A stretch of DNA of 64,000 nt. It comes from Escherichia phage LH01. This document shows, piece after piece, positions 1 through 8,935 of this stretch; within the stretch, counting starts at the first letter, position 1; each line of letters begins with the position of its first letter. A program made the translations under genes and the position numbers. Under the pieces are notes generated by a model. The model did not search any database. It saw only the letters and a list, made by a program, of their open reading frames with translations, and was not told where the DNA came from. The DNA lies in the sequence record PP434429; one strand, given 5' to 3'.

Positions 1-2214
1 TTATTTGGCCGCTTCCACGGCCTTCATGAATTTAACGATTTGAGCGACCTGTTCTTTGGAAAGAGTACCACGTCGTCCCATGTATTCTGACACAATATGA
101 TAATTGGTTTCAAATTCAATAACCATTTTATCATCATTATCGTAAGCATTATCTTTAAGCTTATCGAAAATTTTAGCACACAATTCTAACTTCCTGTTAA
201 GGTCTCTGTTATCAGCACCTGCGAATCGATTCCATCCCCAGCGATTATTTACTGTTGAGAGTTTTGCAAAGTCTTTACTGATTTCTTTGTTCTTAGAGCT
301 AAAATACTTACTAAGGAAGTTAAGCTCTTCATTACGAGTAATATGATTCAAATAAGGCTGTGCTCTACGACTTGGTGATACATACTCATCATAATCTACT
401 TTATCGATTAGCATAATATAGTCATTAATTGATTTTTCAAACAAACATTCTACTTCACCAAGTTTACGAACTTTCTTAGCAATCTGTGGACGAACTACAG
501 TGAACTCTTTAATACCTGACAAATCAGCAATACGGGTCAAGAAATTGGAGTCATAGTTCAACCAACCTTTATCTGCGTCAAGACATTCAGCATTAGAACG
601 ATTACGAACTATAGCATAACCTTGGATTTCATCAGCTTCACTCGCTGGAATAAAGAGATCTTCCGATACCCAAACATCGTTTTCGTTCTTGAAGAAACGA
701 TGGGCACTCGGCGATTTAGGACGAGGCTCATTAGTCCGTTTCCTGACTTCAATCCATGGCTTAACGATTTGTAAAAGCTCTGAAGTCTTGTACATGTTAA
801 TGTTGTCGCCATCAAAGATAACTTTAAGGCGTTCCAGAAGTTTCATTGCATCTTCGTCTGTAGGGTCAACGAATAGTACGCTTTTACCAAAACCGCGTGG
901 AACTTTACCGGTTAATTTAACCTCGTCTTTAGACATTTCAATCGAATTAAGAGCTCGCATTAATGGAACGCGTCCCTTAACGTCGTCAATAACAATTTCA
1001 ACGTTTTTAATGTTAATGCCAATCAGGCTGTTAATTGAAATAGTTGATGATGAGCTACCACTTTCACGAATACGACGAAGACGAGGGGATTCAACGATAT
1101 CGTATACGACGCCAAGATTACACCATTCGGGCCCCATTTTAAAACGTTTGTACAACTCAGAATAAGTTAGTTGTTCTTTAGAGTATTTCAGTGATTCAAT
1201 ATTAGACCCAGCCTTTTCCATGTATTTACGAGCGGTATAGCCGAGAGAATCAATTTCACGGAATACATGACGCGGGTATTTACAATCAATCCATTTCTTA
1301 GAATCTTCAGCAAATAATTTTGCATCAATTTCTGCAACACGTTTATGGATATTTGCTACTGTACGTTTATCAAATGACAATGCTTCACGAGACGGGGCTA
1401 CATCTAGTTCACCCATAGGGAATTTAATATAAGCTGTAGTGCATCGCGTCATCATCCATGTCTGTTCTTTAATAACACTTCCGATTGGATATACAATACC
1501 ACCATAAACAGCCATGATATTACCACGTTCACCCCATGGAGCTTCCTTGGCTAAATATACATCGTCAAATTCAGGAAAGTATTTGATATCTTTAACACCA
1601 CGAACTTCTGCAATATCGCCGAGAGGACGCATAACATATGCAATTTCGGATGCGAACTTTTCAAAATCTTCCGGGTTAACCGGTACAACTACTTCTACAC
1701 CCGTACGGTCATCAGGACCCATCTTATCTACAAAGGTCGGCTTAATTTGTGGACCTGTGTCATCTTGGTAGATTACGTAACCACGAACTTCACCATTATG
1801 ATAAGACGTAAGGTTAAACGTATCAGTATATGCTAATGGAGCTTTAGAGCCGAGTCCGAATCCACCAATGAAATCGTTACTCGATGTTTTAGTTGAAGCA
1901 AAATATGAGTTATAAATTCCTGGCTCTTCGTCATTACCACGAATAGTGAAATCACTCATACCAGGTCCAAAATCACGAACTACAAAACGTGGGTCTAAAC
2001 GACCTGGAGCCTGAACAATAAACTTATCAGTGCAACCATTAAGAATTTGCCCATCAATACAGTTTGTGATTAATTCACGTACACAAGCCAATTCTTTGTT
2101 TGTATAAAGGTCATTAGACAAAATCTTATAAACTTTACTATTGCCTTGAATAGTAAATGCTGTGCTTTTACCACCAGAACCAATAATCGTTTCTTTAGCC
2201 GTTTCAATAATCAT
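1..2214 (-). CDS. rIIA: rIIA protein (lysis-inhibition/membrane-associated, GHKL-like ATPase N-terminus)
   Basis: 737-aa ORF, ATG at 2214, stop at window position 1-3; N-terminal Bergerat-fold-like motifs; sits directly upstream of the topoisomerase II gene as in T4-like genomes. Confidence 0.8.
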   Translation of the reverse strand: MIIETAKETIIGSGGKSTAFTIQGNSKVYKILSNDLYTNKELACVRELITNCIDGQILNGCTDKFIVQAPGRLDPRFVVRDFGPGMSDFTIRGNDEEPGIYNSYFASTKTSSNDFIGGFGLGSKAPLAYTDTFNLTSYHNGEVRGYVIYQDDTGPQIKPTFVDKMGPDDRTGVEVVVPVNPEDFEKFASEIAYVMRPLGDIAEVRGVKDIKYFPEFDDVYLAKEAPWGERGNIMAVYGGIVYPIGSVIKEQTWMMTRCTTAYIKFPMGELDVAPSREALSFDKRTVANIHKRVAEIDAKLFAEDSKKWIDCKYPRHVFREIDSLGYTARKYMEKAGSNIESLKYSKEQLTYSELYKRFKMGPEWCNLGVVYDIVESPRLRRIRESGSSSSTISINSLIGINIKNVEIVIDDVKGRVPLMRALNSIEMSKDEVKLTGKVPRGFGKSVLFVDPTDEDAMKLLERLKVIFDGDNINMYKTSELLQIVKPWIEVRKRTNEPRPKSPSAHRFFKNENDVWVSEDLFIPASEADEIQGYAIVRNRSNAECLDADKGWLNYDSNFLTRIADLSGIKEFTVVRPQIAKKVRKLGEVECLFEKSINDYIMLIDKVDYDEYVSPSRRAQPYLNHITRNEELNFLSKYFSSKNKEISKDFAKLSTVNNRWGWNRFAGADNRDLNRKLELCAKIFDKLKDNAYDNDDKMVIEFETNYHIVSEYMGRRGTLSKEQVAQIVKFMKAVEAAK

Positions 2215-2226
2215 ATTTTTCTCTCA

Positions 2227-2427
2227 TCACAAGTTACGTTTAAAAATTTCTGCCACTTCGAGAAGTTCTTCTTTAGTAGCTGTATCGGTTTGTATTTTAT
2301 ATCGAATTTCCTTAAAGCGTTCTTTAAAGGCTTCAGCTGATTCGATATCAAAAAATCTTTGGATAAGCCGGAATTCCCGGAGCACTGCTTTATCAAAAAG
2401 TTCCAAGTCCACGTTATATGTTCTCAT
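2227..2427 (-). CDS. small protein at the rIIA.1 position
   Basis: 66-aa ORF with ATG start immediately upstream of rIIA; assignment by synteny only. Confidence 0.45.
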   Translation of the reverse strand: MRTYNVDLELFDKAVLREFRLIQRFFDIESAEAFKERFKEIRYKIQTDTATKEELLEVAEIFKRNL

Positions 2428-2519
2428 AATATTCTCTTCAGTAGATTCCTAGGGCACTATTACTAAAGACTATATAATCTATCATCTTATGTGTAATAGT
2501 GCCTCAGGCGATTCAGGAT

Positions 2520-2840
2520 TTACGCTGTGAAGATTTTATCCCACATCGCAACAACTGCATCTCGGTTATACTTCTTCCATACCGCTTCAGCACGTTTAAC
2601 TCGAGCTTCGTATGTGTCAGTGAATTCTAATACAGCTTTTGTGTAAAGCGCAACTACTTCTTTCTTAGGAGTAGAGGAATCAATTTCTACACGCACAGTA
2701 TCTGGGTCGTATTCGAATGTCGCATGAGGATAATCCTTAAAAACTAACTGGATTACAGGGACACCTTTAGAGATGGCTTCAATAGAACTATTCTCTACCG
2801 TACCTGTGTCAGGACACGTATTGATAAGTGCTTTAGCTGT
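2520..2840 (-). pseudogene. C-terminal glycosyltransferase fragment in alternate frame (continuation of 2795..3619)
   Basis: 106 sense codons ending at TAA 2520-2522 with no ATG/GTG/TTG near the 5' end; encodes ...VENSSIEAISKGVPVIQLVF..., a GT-B C-terminal signature; overlaps the upstream ORF in a different frame over about 2798-2840. Confidence 0.5.
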
Positions 2841-3619
2841 TTAAGACGTTCCATGATTTCACTGTGTGGAGCATCAATAATAACAGGATACTTAGCCGGT
2901 GGTGCCCATTTACTAGGACAGTATCCTACACCATTTTCGCCTAGTGCTTTAATCGCTTCAAGAGCAACATCAGTACGACGCATTTTAGTGTCATAACGTT
3001 GTGCACTAATAATCAGATCAGTCGCCGGAAGAACTTCAGGTTTATCATTCAAACAAATAACCGGATAATCTTCGGCTTCAAACAACGGATTTGCTCGCCA
3101 ATAATCATAATCAATTTTGTCAGTCAGACCTGAAGTCATATAACAATATTTGCGTTCAAATTCACGGAAGGCTTTAGTAGGAGCATAACTCTTACCACCG
3201 TTCTTATGAATTTGAATAGTCTGGTCCCAAATTTGAACAATGCCACGAGACACCGGTTCAAATGGTGTTGCCATAAAATTCTTATGAACTTTAGAGAGAC
3301 CCGCGTCTTTAATTGCCTGAACGGTTAGTTTGGTCGGTTCCATTGTAACAACGAAATCGTACTCATTAATGCCGGCTAGTTCAACAATCTTACGAGCCAT
3401 AGTATAACTCATACCTAGACTGAATTTAGTCAGATGACCAACAGGATGATGATTAACCTTCCAGTCACCAAACGTGTCATTATCAAAGCCGATATAATCA
3501 ATATCAGCACCGATGGACACAAGATATTTCAATACATTTAAATGTACTGCTTCAAGACCACCTTGTACACGTTCTGGGTTAAATGGGACTGCGCGAGATG
3601 GGATAAACATAACTTTCAT
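2795..3619 (-). CDS. glycosyltransferase-like protein, N-terminal portion of a frame-interrupted gene
   Basis: 274-aa ORF, ATG at 3619; Rossmann-like half typical of GT-B enzymes; frame terminates at TAG 2795 while the C-terminal GT motif continues in another frame. Confidence 0.55.
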   Translation of the reverse strand: MKVMFIPSRAVPFNPERVQGGLEAVHLNVLKYLVSIGADIDYIGFDNDTFGDWKVNHHPVGHLTKFSLGMSYTMARKIVELAGINEYDFVVTMEPTKLTVQAIKDAGLSKVHKNFMATPFEPVSRGIVQIWDQTIQIHKNGGKSYAPTKAFREFERKYCYMTSGLTDKIDYDYWRANPLFEAEDYPVICLNDKPEVLPATDLIISAQRYDTKMRRTDVALEAIKALGENGVGYCPSKWAPPAKYPVIIDAPHSEIMERLKQLKHLSIRVLTQVR

Positions 3620-3645
3620 AATTAAGCCTTATTAAAATTAAAATG

Positions 3646-3663
3646 AAGCTCCCGAAGGAGCTT
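3646..3663 (-). terminator. C(UUCG)G tetraloop hairpin at 3' end of topoisomerase gene
   Basis: perfect 7-bp inverted repeat AAGCTCC/GGAGCTT around CGAA (UUCG on the transcript), overlapping the gene 39 stop codon. Confidence 0.4.
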
Positions 3664-5479
3664 AGGACATCCATTCTTTACGAAGTTCTGAATCATCACC
3701 CATCAGCATTTCAAAGAGTTCTTTCCAATTTTCAGGAAGTTTAACTACGTCGTACACAGGGTTCTGAATCATTTCACGATACTCTGACTTTTCAAGGGAG
3801 CCTAATCCCTTGATGTATCGAATACTATGCTTAGGCAGTGTATCTTTAACTTCTTCATACTCAGCTACAGTATAAAACCATTTTTGAGTTTTGCCAATTT
3901 GTGCAATAATTACAGGTGTTTTAACAAAGCGAATACGTCCTTGTTCAAACAATTCAGGCCAATTACTAAAGAAAGCAAGCAAAGCAGGATAAATACTTCC
4001 AAGACCGTCATGATCGGCATCAGTCATAATTGCAATATTACGATAGTTCGTATTCTCTGCCTTTTCACCAAGAATAAGACCCGTGATAGCACAGATATCA
4101 AAGAGCTCTTTGTTCTTCATCATATCAGCATATGACATACCCCAGCTATTCATCACCTTACCACGTAATGGGAATCCGCCGTGTAGTTCACGGTCACGAA
4201 CATCAATGAGATAACCAATTGCCGAATCACCTTCTGTTAAAAACAATGTCGTATCTGCATCTTTACCACATTGGTTAGCTTTAATATGCTTATGAACCTT
4301 AGCTTTAGTTGCCTTTTTAGCTGCTTTAGTTTCTGCAGCCTTTTCTGCCGCCAATTTACGAGCTAATGCTGCTTCAACAATAGGCATAATCAAGGCTTCA
4401 TTTTTAAGAAGTGCCTGAGCAATTTTCTTAGCATCTAATTGGATATGATTACGAATATCACCATACGTTGACGTTAAACGTTCTTTAGTCTGGGAATCAA
4501 AACGCATGTTGCTCATGTCTCTAATAAACATCAACATTGTGAGACATTCTTTAACACGAGCTTTAGTGACTTCAATACCCTTATATTTCTTTTTAATACC
4601 CGGCAAAAGATGTTCGCAGATATCGTCCATTACACATTCAACATGATGTCCACCATTTTTAGTATGGATGTTATTCACATAAGTTAAATGACGGAAGCCA
4701 TCTGGTGATGTTGTGAATGCTATAGAGACTTTATCATTTTCTTGAATGATGTTATCTTCACCAAATTGTTTAGCAAATCGTTTAAAATTACCATCGACCT
4801 TTTTACCATTAAATGTGAACTTGATATCAGGATAAACGACTGCCAATGTTTGAAGTCGGTCTAAAGTAATATCTAAATAAATTTGAGATAAATTATGATC
4901 TTCAAATGAAGTGAAATCAGGAGTGAAGATTACTTTAGTGCCTTTACCTTTAGATTTCTTAGAAGACCATGATTTGTTTTCCATTCCGTTTGAACAGTTA
5001 ACAGTGATTTCATTTTCGCCATCTGACGTGATGCCTGTAAACAACGTAGAGAAGATATTAGTCAAACTACTCCCGACGCCGTTCATACCACCAGTCTTGC
5101 GTTCAGAGTCATCGCCAAAGTTACCACCAGCTTTTGGAATAGTCCAGGCTGCTACAGGACCAGGAATTTGTTCACCTGTTTGGTCGGTAACTAAACCTTG
5201 AGGAATACCACGTCCGTTATCTTCCACCGAAACTTGATTATTTTTAATTTGCACATCAATTTTATTTGCAAACTTAAATGATGTACGAATAGCTTCATCA
5301 ACCGAGTTGTCAATAATCTCATCGATTAATTTAACCAGACCAGGAACATATTCAACTTGTTGATATTTACCAAACAAAAAACGCTCATGTGCTTCTTTAG
5401 CAGAAGAACCAATATACATGCCACTACGTTTCTTAATATGTTCTACATCTGACAGTACCTTAATTTCATTTTTAATCAT
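3662..5479 (-). CDS. 39: DNA topoisomerase II large subunit (GyrB-like ATPase), single continuous ORF
   Basis: 605-aa ORF; GHKL ATPase and GyrB-type motifs (DNGRGIP, GGMNGVGSS); AGGAG RBS before ATG 5479; the size equals T4 gp39 plus gp60. Confidence 0.9.
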   Translation of the reverse strand: MIKNEIKVLSDVEHIKKRSGMYIGSSAKEAHERFLFGKYQQVEYVPGLVKLIDEIIDNSVDEAIRTSFKFANKIDVQIKNNQVSVEDNGRGIPQGLVTDQTGEQIPGPVAAWTIPKAGGNFGDDSERKTGGMNGVGSSLTNIFSTLFTGITSDGENEITVNCSNGMENKSWSSKKSKGKGTKVIFTPDFTSFEDHNLSQIYLDITLDRLQTLAVVYPDIKFTFNGKKVDGNFKRFAKQFGEDNIIQENDKVSIAFTTSPDGFRHLTYVNNIHTKNGGHHVECVMDDICEHLLPGIKKKYKGIEVTKARVKECLTMLMFIRDMSNMRFDSQTKERLTSTYGDIRNHIQLDAKKIAQALLKNEALIMPIVEAALARKLAAEKAAETKAAKKATKAKVHKHIKANQCGKDADTTLFLTEGDSAIGYLIDVRDRELHGGFPLRGKVMNSWGMSYADMMKNKELFDICAITGLILGEKAENTNYRNIAIMTDADHDGLGSIYPALLAFFSNWPELFEQGRIRFVKTPVIIAQIGKTQKWFYTVAEYEEVKDTLPKHSIRYIKGLGSLEKSEYREMIQNPVYDVVKLPENWKELFEMLMGDDSELRKEWMS

Positions 5480-5501
5480 GTTGTCTCCTCGTTATGAAGG
5501 T

Positions 5502-5528
5502 ATTCTATCATCCGAAATCTAAAGCAAA
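5502..5528 (-). promoter_or_regulatory. MotA-box middle promoter candidate upstream of gene 39
   Basis: minus strand reads TTTGCTTTAG, 12 nt, TAGAAT, about 20 nt before the ATG; matches T4 middle promoter architecture. Confidence 0.4.
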
Positions 5529-5542
5529 AAGGGCCGAAGCCC
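5521..5542 (-). terminator. intrinsic terminator, GGGC(UUCG)GCCC hairpin plus U-tract
   Basis: stem-loop immediately after the stop of 5543..5965, followed on the transcript by UUUUUGCUUU. Confidence 0.6.
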
Positions 5543-5965
5543 TTATTTAAATTTAATTTTCTGAAGTGCATCAATTGCAGCCAAACGCCCTTGTTCACTT
5601 TTAACTGTAATGACCACATCGCCTGATACGATCACCGAACCATCAACAAATTCTATAGAGCCTTTTTTGAAATCGACAGCTGTATCTGGTTCCGGAACTT
5701 CTTCAAAGAATTTAAATTCTGCACCATAAAGCAGAATATCACCTTGCATACTAATGATTGTACGTCCAGGTCCATCGGTTTCAGCGGCAATCATTGAAAC
5801 ACCGTAGCCAATCATCTCTTCTACAATAAAATCTCTTGATAATAAAACCGTATGCAGAGTAGTGTTAAGACGTTTACCAGTCGTATTAAGAATTCTCAAG
5901 AAATTATCTTCCTGTCCTTTGATAATACGATATTTCTTACCAACTTCAAAACCTTTAAAAGCCAT
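5543..5965 (-). CDS. hypothetical protein (syntenic with T4 goF/comC-alpha position)
   Basis: 140-aa ORF with ATG start directly upstream of gene 39; no diagnostic motif recognised. Confidence 0.5.
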   Translation of the reverse strand: MAFKGFEVGKKYRIIKGQEDNFLRILNTTGKRLNTTLHTVLLSRDFIVEEMIGYGVSMIAAETDGPGRTIISMQGDILLYGAEFKFFEEVPEPDTAVDFKKGSIEFVDGSVIVSGDVVITVKSEQGRLAAIDALQKIKFK

Positions 5966-5967
5966 AA

Positions 5968-6147
5968 TTAACCCTTCTTAAGTAAGTCGTAAAAACCACC
6001 GTTCACATGTTTAGGAGCAGAAACCCGACGAGTAGACAGACGATGACATTCAGGGCAAACATCGTTTTCTCGTTCAGAAATCCTTTTAATTTTTTCATAT
6101 TCATGACCACAATCTTCAGATTGGCATTTATAGTCGTATAACGGCAT
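5968..6147 (-). CDS. FmdB-type zinc-ribbon small protein
   Basis: 59-aa ORF below the track threshold: MPLYDYKCQSEDCGHEYEKIK...CPECH; two CxxC pairs and the MP-x-Y-x-Y-x-C N-terminus typical of FmdB-family zinc ribbons. Confidence 0.5.
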   Translation of the reverse strand: MPLYDYKCQSEDCGHEYEKIKRISERENDVCPECHRLSTRRVSAPKHVNGGFYDLLKKG

Positions 6148-6149
6148 TA

Positions 6150-6560
6150 TTATTCCTTAAAATGTGCTTTCAACATTTGATACAAAGACCATGCCTGGTC
6201 GTTATTTTCGATAGTAATTGTCATCACCGGAAATTCAGACAATTCGCCAAGTTCACCAGAATCTTGCTCTTCGGACGCTTGATACGGATTTCCCACTTCA
6301 TCAAAAAACTCTGCTTCACTAGTAGAGAGCCAGATAAAGTTTTCATCAAGGATATCACCGCCTGTTGCGTATCCAACCATGCCAGTAGATGTCACAATTT
6401 TAGTAGGACGTCCAAGATGGTCAACATCTAATACTTTAAATGGTTCCATGCCAAGACGTCGTGCATAAATCCCATTATCAGTGTGGTCTTTAATAAACTC
6501 TTCTTGGGCACGTTTATCTTTAAATTGGTACCATGAATTAACGCGGAATTTATTAGCCAT
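6150..6560 (-). CDS. hypothetical protein
   Basis: ORF 6150..6578; ATG for MANKF at 6560 overlaps the stop of the upstream gene (TAATG). Confidence 0.5.
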   Translation of the reverse strand: MANKFRVNSWYQFKDKRAQEEFIKDHTDNGIYARRLGMEPFKVLDVDHLGRPTKIVTSTGMVGYATGGDILDENFIWLSTSEAEFFDEVGNPYQASEEQDSGELGELSEFPVMTITIENNDQAWSLYQMLKAHFKE

Positions 6561-6787
6561 TAGTAAGTTTCCTTCCAATAAGTTGTACCGTTTTCAGTGA
6601 TTTCACGGAAGATACCATAGATAGGCATTTCATCACCGAGTTTTTCGTAAACGTAAACCACTTCGGTGTAGCATAAAAATCCGGTCCAGTTTTTCTGTAC
6701 AACAACTAAATCAGGATTAAACAGAACATCTTCAAACTCATCGATGTTTGAATCAGTAGTTACGTTTTTAATGATTTGACGTTTCAT
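6560..6787 (-). CDS. hypothetical protein
   Basis: internal ATG (MKRQII) at 6787 preceded by AGGAG RBS and an early-type promoter; longer track ORF extends into the promoter. Confidence 0.45.
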   Translation of the reverse strand: MKRQIIKNVTTDSNIDEFEDVLFNPDLVVVQKNWTGFLCYTEVVYVYEKLGDEMPIYGIFREITENGTTYWKETY

Positions 6788-6815
6788 AATATTCTCCTCT
6801 TGTTTTGATAGGTCT

Positions 6816-6844
6816 ATAGTATCATAGACCATAGTTGTTGTACA
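6816..6844 (-). promoter_or_regulatory. early-type promoter (-35 TGTACA, 17-nt spacer, -10 TACTAT)
   Basis: motif read on the minus strand between the 6845..7369 stop and the 6787 start. Confidence 0.45.
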
Positions 6845-7369
6845 TCATTTTAGCAAAATAAAATCAACTTGTTCTGCCAATGAACGTCTAAACATTAATT
6901 GACAACTTCCGAGGATGAAATCAGGTGCTTCATAGACCGCGATGTAGTATCCTTTAGCTTTCAAGAGTTCAACATCCACTTGGTCATCAAACCATGCATA
7001 AACCGCATCAACACTTTCAAATCCAAAATAGAACCCTTGAGCCCAATCTTCACTCAATTCAAATGTGTGCTCAATTCTATAGTATCTTAAGATATTTTGT
7101 TCAAGGAGTTTGTCTTCATTTACTGTAGGACGATTAGGGACATTATAGTTGTCGCCGTGATGGTAGAAGTTACCTGAGAGTATTCCATGTTTATCAAGGA
7201 ACTCCCATGTTTCTTCAGAGTTGTCGGTGCCTGACCAACCGTACGGCGAGCGAGGTTCTTTATTCCAAGAGGTTTCCCAAATTCTGACGGCTTTACCGTC
7301 TTCGATAGCAATTCCTGGTAATGATTCACGTTGAGTACAAAAACTACGTTCTACGCGGTAAACTAACAT
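6845..7369 (-). CDS. hypothetical protein
   Basis: 174-aa ORF, ATG at 7369 with AGGAG RBS 7 nt upstream. Confidence 0.55.
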   Translation of the reverse strand: MLVYRVERSFCTQRESLPGIAIEDGKAVRIWETSWNKEPRSPYGWSGTDNSEETWEFLDKHGILSGNFYHHGDNYNVPNRPTVNEDKLLEQNILRYYRIEHTFELSEDWAQGFYFGFESVDAVYAWFDDQVDVELLKAKGYYIAVYEAPDFILGSCQLMFRRSLAEQVDFILLK

Positions 7370-7395
7370 ATTATTCTCCTCTGGTTGATATGGTT

Positions 7396-7424
7396 ATAAT
7401 ATCAAAACCGGAGGAGAAGTAAAC
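7396..7424 (-). promoter_or_regulatory. early-type promoter (-35 GTTTAC, -10 TATTAT)
   Basis: GTTTAC, 17 nt, TATTAT on the minus strand about 25 nt upstream of the 7369 ATG. Confidence 0.45.
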
Positions 7425-7428
7425 AACT

Positions 7429-7848
7429 TTATGCGAAAGCAGCTGGGCTATATTTTTTAATTTGGAATTCAGGAACTACCATGAACTGACCAGCGAAAAC
7501 GATGTTATAAAGCTTAACACCATCTTCTACCCAACGGTCGCTAATAAATCCGGCGATTTGCTTAGTTTTCCATGGCGATCCATCAGTTGCCGCAGCAATA
7601 GTGAATTCATGGTCTTTTTCAACAGAAACTGATCTGCATAGTCCCCATTTGAACGCTTTTTCTTCTGGCTCAATGAACTGGCTTGAGACGTAGCCAATAT
7701 TACCATTAGCATCACGAACTTTAACTTGGTTACGACCAAAAACAGGATCACTCACAGAAAGAACTTCAACCAACTTCCCGGCAACTTTAGAGCGAGAAGC
7801 AACAGATACATATACGTAATCACCTGTAGAGAGATTTACAATATTCAT
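7429..7848 (-). CDS. hypothetical protein, member of a tandem paralog family (copy 1)
   Basis: 139-aa ORF; C-terminal motif GFISDRWVEDGVKLYNIVFAGQFMVVPE shared with the next two genes. Confidence 0.6.
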   Translation of the reverse strand: MNIVNLSTGDYVYVSVASRSKVAGKLVEVLSVSDPVFGRNQVKVRDANGNIGYVSSQFIEPEEKAFKWGLCRSVSVEKDHEFTIAAATDGSPWKTKQIAGFISDRWVEDGVKLYNIVFAGQFMVVPEFQIKKYSPAAFA

Positions 7849-7857
7849 AATAATTCC

Positions 7858-8313
7858 TTAAGCTTTACGAGGAGACACATAGCGAGTGATTTCAGATTCT
7901 TCAACAACTCGGAAGTCACCTAAGAATACAATATTGTATAGCTTTTTATCATCTTCAACCCATTGGTCGCTGATGAAGCCGCACATAGTATCAGTTTTGC
8001 TTGGATAACCGTATTCATCGATGAAGTCAAATTCTTTATCAGTCTGGAATTCAACACCTTTACACAAGGCCCATTTGAACTGTACATTAGGTTCAGTAGA
8101 AGCAAAATGAGCGCTCACATGAGTTTCCAAGAATTTAGGACTTACGTAAGCGTACTGAGTTTCAGTTTTTCCAGAACTAGGAATGATTCGAACTTTAACT
8201 TCTTTAACACGACCAGTACCATTAGTACGAAGTCCTACCACTTCAACTAGACGACCTGCAGCTTTAGAACGAGATGCAGACGATACACGCTTAATTTCAC
8301 CAATATTAATCAT
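7858..8313 (-). CDS. hypothetical protein, tandem paralog family (copy 2)
   Basis: start taken at internal ATG (MINIGEIKRV) with AGAG RBS; shares the SASRSKxAG..LVEV N-terminus and GFISDQWVEDDKKLYNIVFLGDF C-terminus with copy 1. Confidence 0.6.
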   Translation of the reverse strand: MINIGEIKRVSSASRSKAAGRLVEVVGLRTNGTGRVKEVKVRIIPSSGKTETQYAYVSPKFLETHVSAHFASTEPNVQFKWALCKGVEFQTDKEFDFIDEYGYPSKTDTMCGFISDQWVEDDKKLYNIVFLGDFRVVEESEITRYVSPRKA

Positions 8314-8343
8314 ATTTTTTCTCTCTTTGTTTAAGTTGAATTC

Positions 8344-8372
8344 ATTATACTCCAACCATCCTTGGTTGTACA
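8344..8372 (-). promoter_or_regulatory. promoter/stem-loop cassette, copy 1 (-35 TTGTACA, CAACCA/TGGTTG hairpin, -10 TATAAT)
   Basis: contains the 25-nt motif tatactccaaccatccttggttgta also present near 8903, 51088 and 52108. Confidence 0.5.
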
Positions 8373-8375
8373 ACA

Positions 8376-8870
8376 TTAATTAAGGATATTAACCACAGCA
8401 CTACGTGGAACTACACTAAAATCACCTGCATGAACAACGTTCAGAAGTTCAACACCGTCTTCAATCCATTGGTCAGTTACCCATCCATTTACTGGACCAG
8501 CGAATAGGCGTCGAATTGAAACATATTTACACAACAAATCAGTAGGCTCAATAGGCTTAATCAGAGTACCGTACATACAAGCGATATCCATATCAATACA
8601 GATATCTTTAACGGGTTCTACTTCTTCAATCAACAGTTCAAAGTCGGTGCTTGGAAGGGCGGTAGTAGAAATTGTACCATATGAATTTTTAATTTCTAAG
8701 AATAACCAAGGGCCTTCAACTTGTTTGATGAAGTTAACAATAGTGAAACTATTACCTTGAGTGGCACCTAAAATTTCACAAAACTTTTCATAAGCTCGCA
8801 CTGAAGCACCGTACCAGTTGATTTGTTTTTCATCTTTCAGGATGTAAGTAGCCGTGGTATTGATATTCAT
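8376..8870 (-). CDS. hypothetical protein, tandem paralog family (copy 3, divergent)
   Basis: start taken at internal ATG (MNINTTA) with RBS; C-terminal WVTDQWIEDGVELLNVVHAGDFSVVP resembles copies 1-2. Confidence 0.55.
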   Translation of the reverse strand: MNINTTATYILKDEKQINWYGASVRAYEKFCEILGATQGNSFTIVNFIKQVEGPWLFLEIKNSYGTISTTALPSTDFELLIEEVEPVKDICIDMDIACMYGTLIKPIEPTDLLCKYVSIRRLFAGPVNGWVTDQWIEDGVELLNVVHAGDFSVVPRSAVVNILN

Positions 8871-8900
8871 AATGTTTTCCTGTTTGGTTAAGATAGAAAG

Positions 8901-8930
8901 ATTATACTCCAACCATCCTTGGTTGTAAAC
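8901..8930 (-). promoter_or_regulatory. promoter/stem-loop cassette, copy 2 (-35 GTTTACA, hairpin, -10 TATAAT)
   Basis: same 25-nt core as 8346-8370, located between the dexA stop and the 8870 start. Confidence 0.5.
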
Positions 8931-8935
8931 TGGTT

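Noticed and set aside
689-1771. Plus-strand ORFs (689..1165, 1514..1771) inside the rIIA gene
   Set aside because: Antisense shadow ORFs nested in a strongly supported minus-strand gene; low-complexity Ser/Leu-rich translations and no RBS.
2146-2452. Plus-strand ORFs 2146..2340 and 2162..2452 and minus ORF 2211..2396
   Set aside because: Overlap the rIIA start and rIIA.1 region in other frames; no RBS, repetitive composition.
4911-5201. Plus-strand ORF inside the topoisomerase gene
   Set aside because: Antisense to a conserved GyrB-like coding region.
7858-8376. N-terminal extension MLYNQGWLEYNEFNLNKERKN of the track ORF
   Set aside because: It is the translation of the repeated promoter/stem-loop cassette; the same peptide-like string appears wherever the cassette occurs, so the internal ATG with RBS was used instead.
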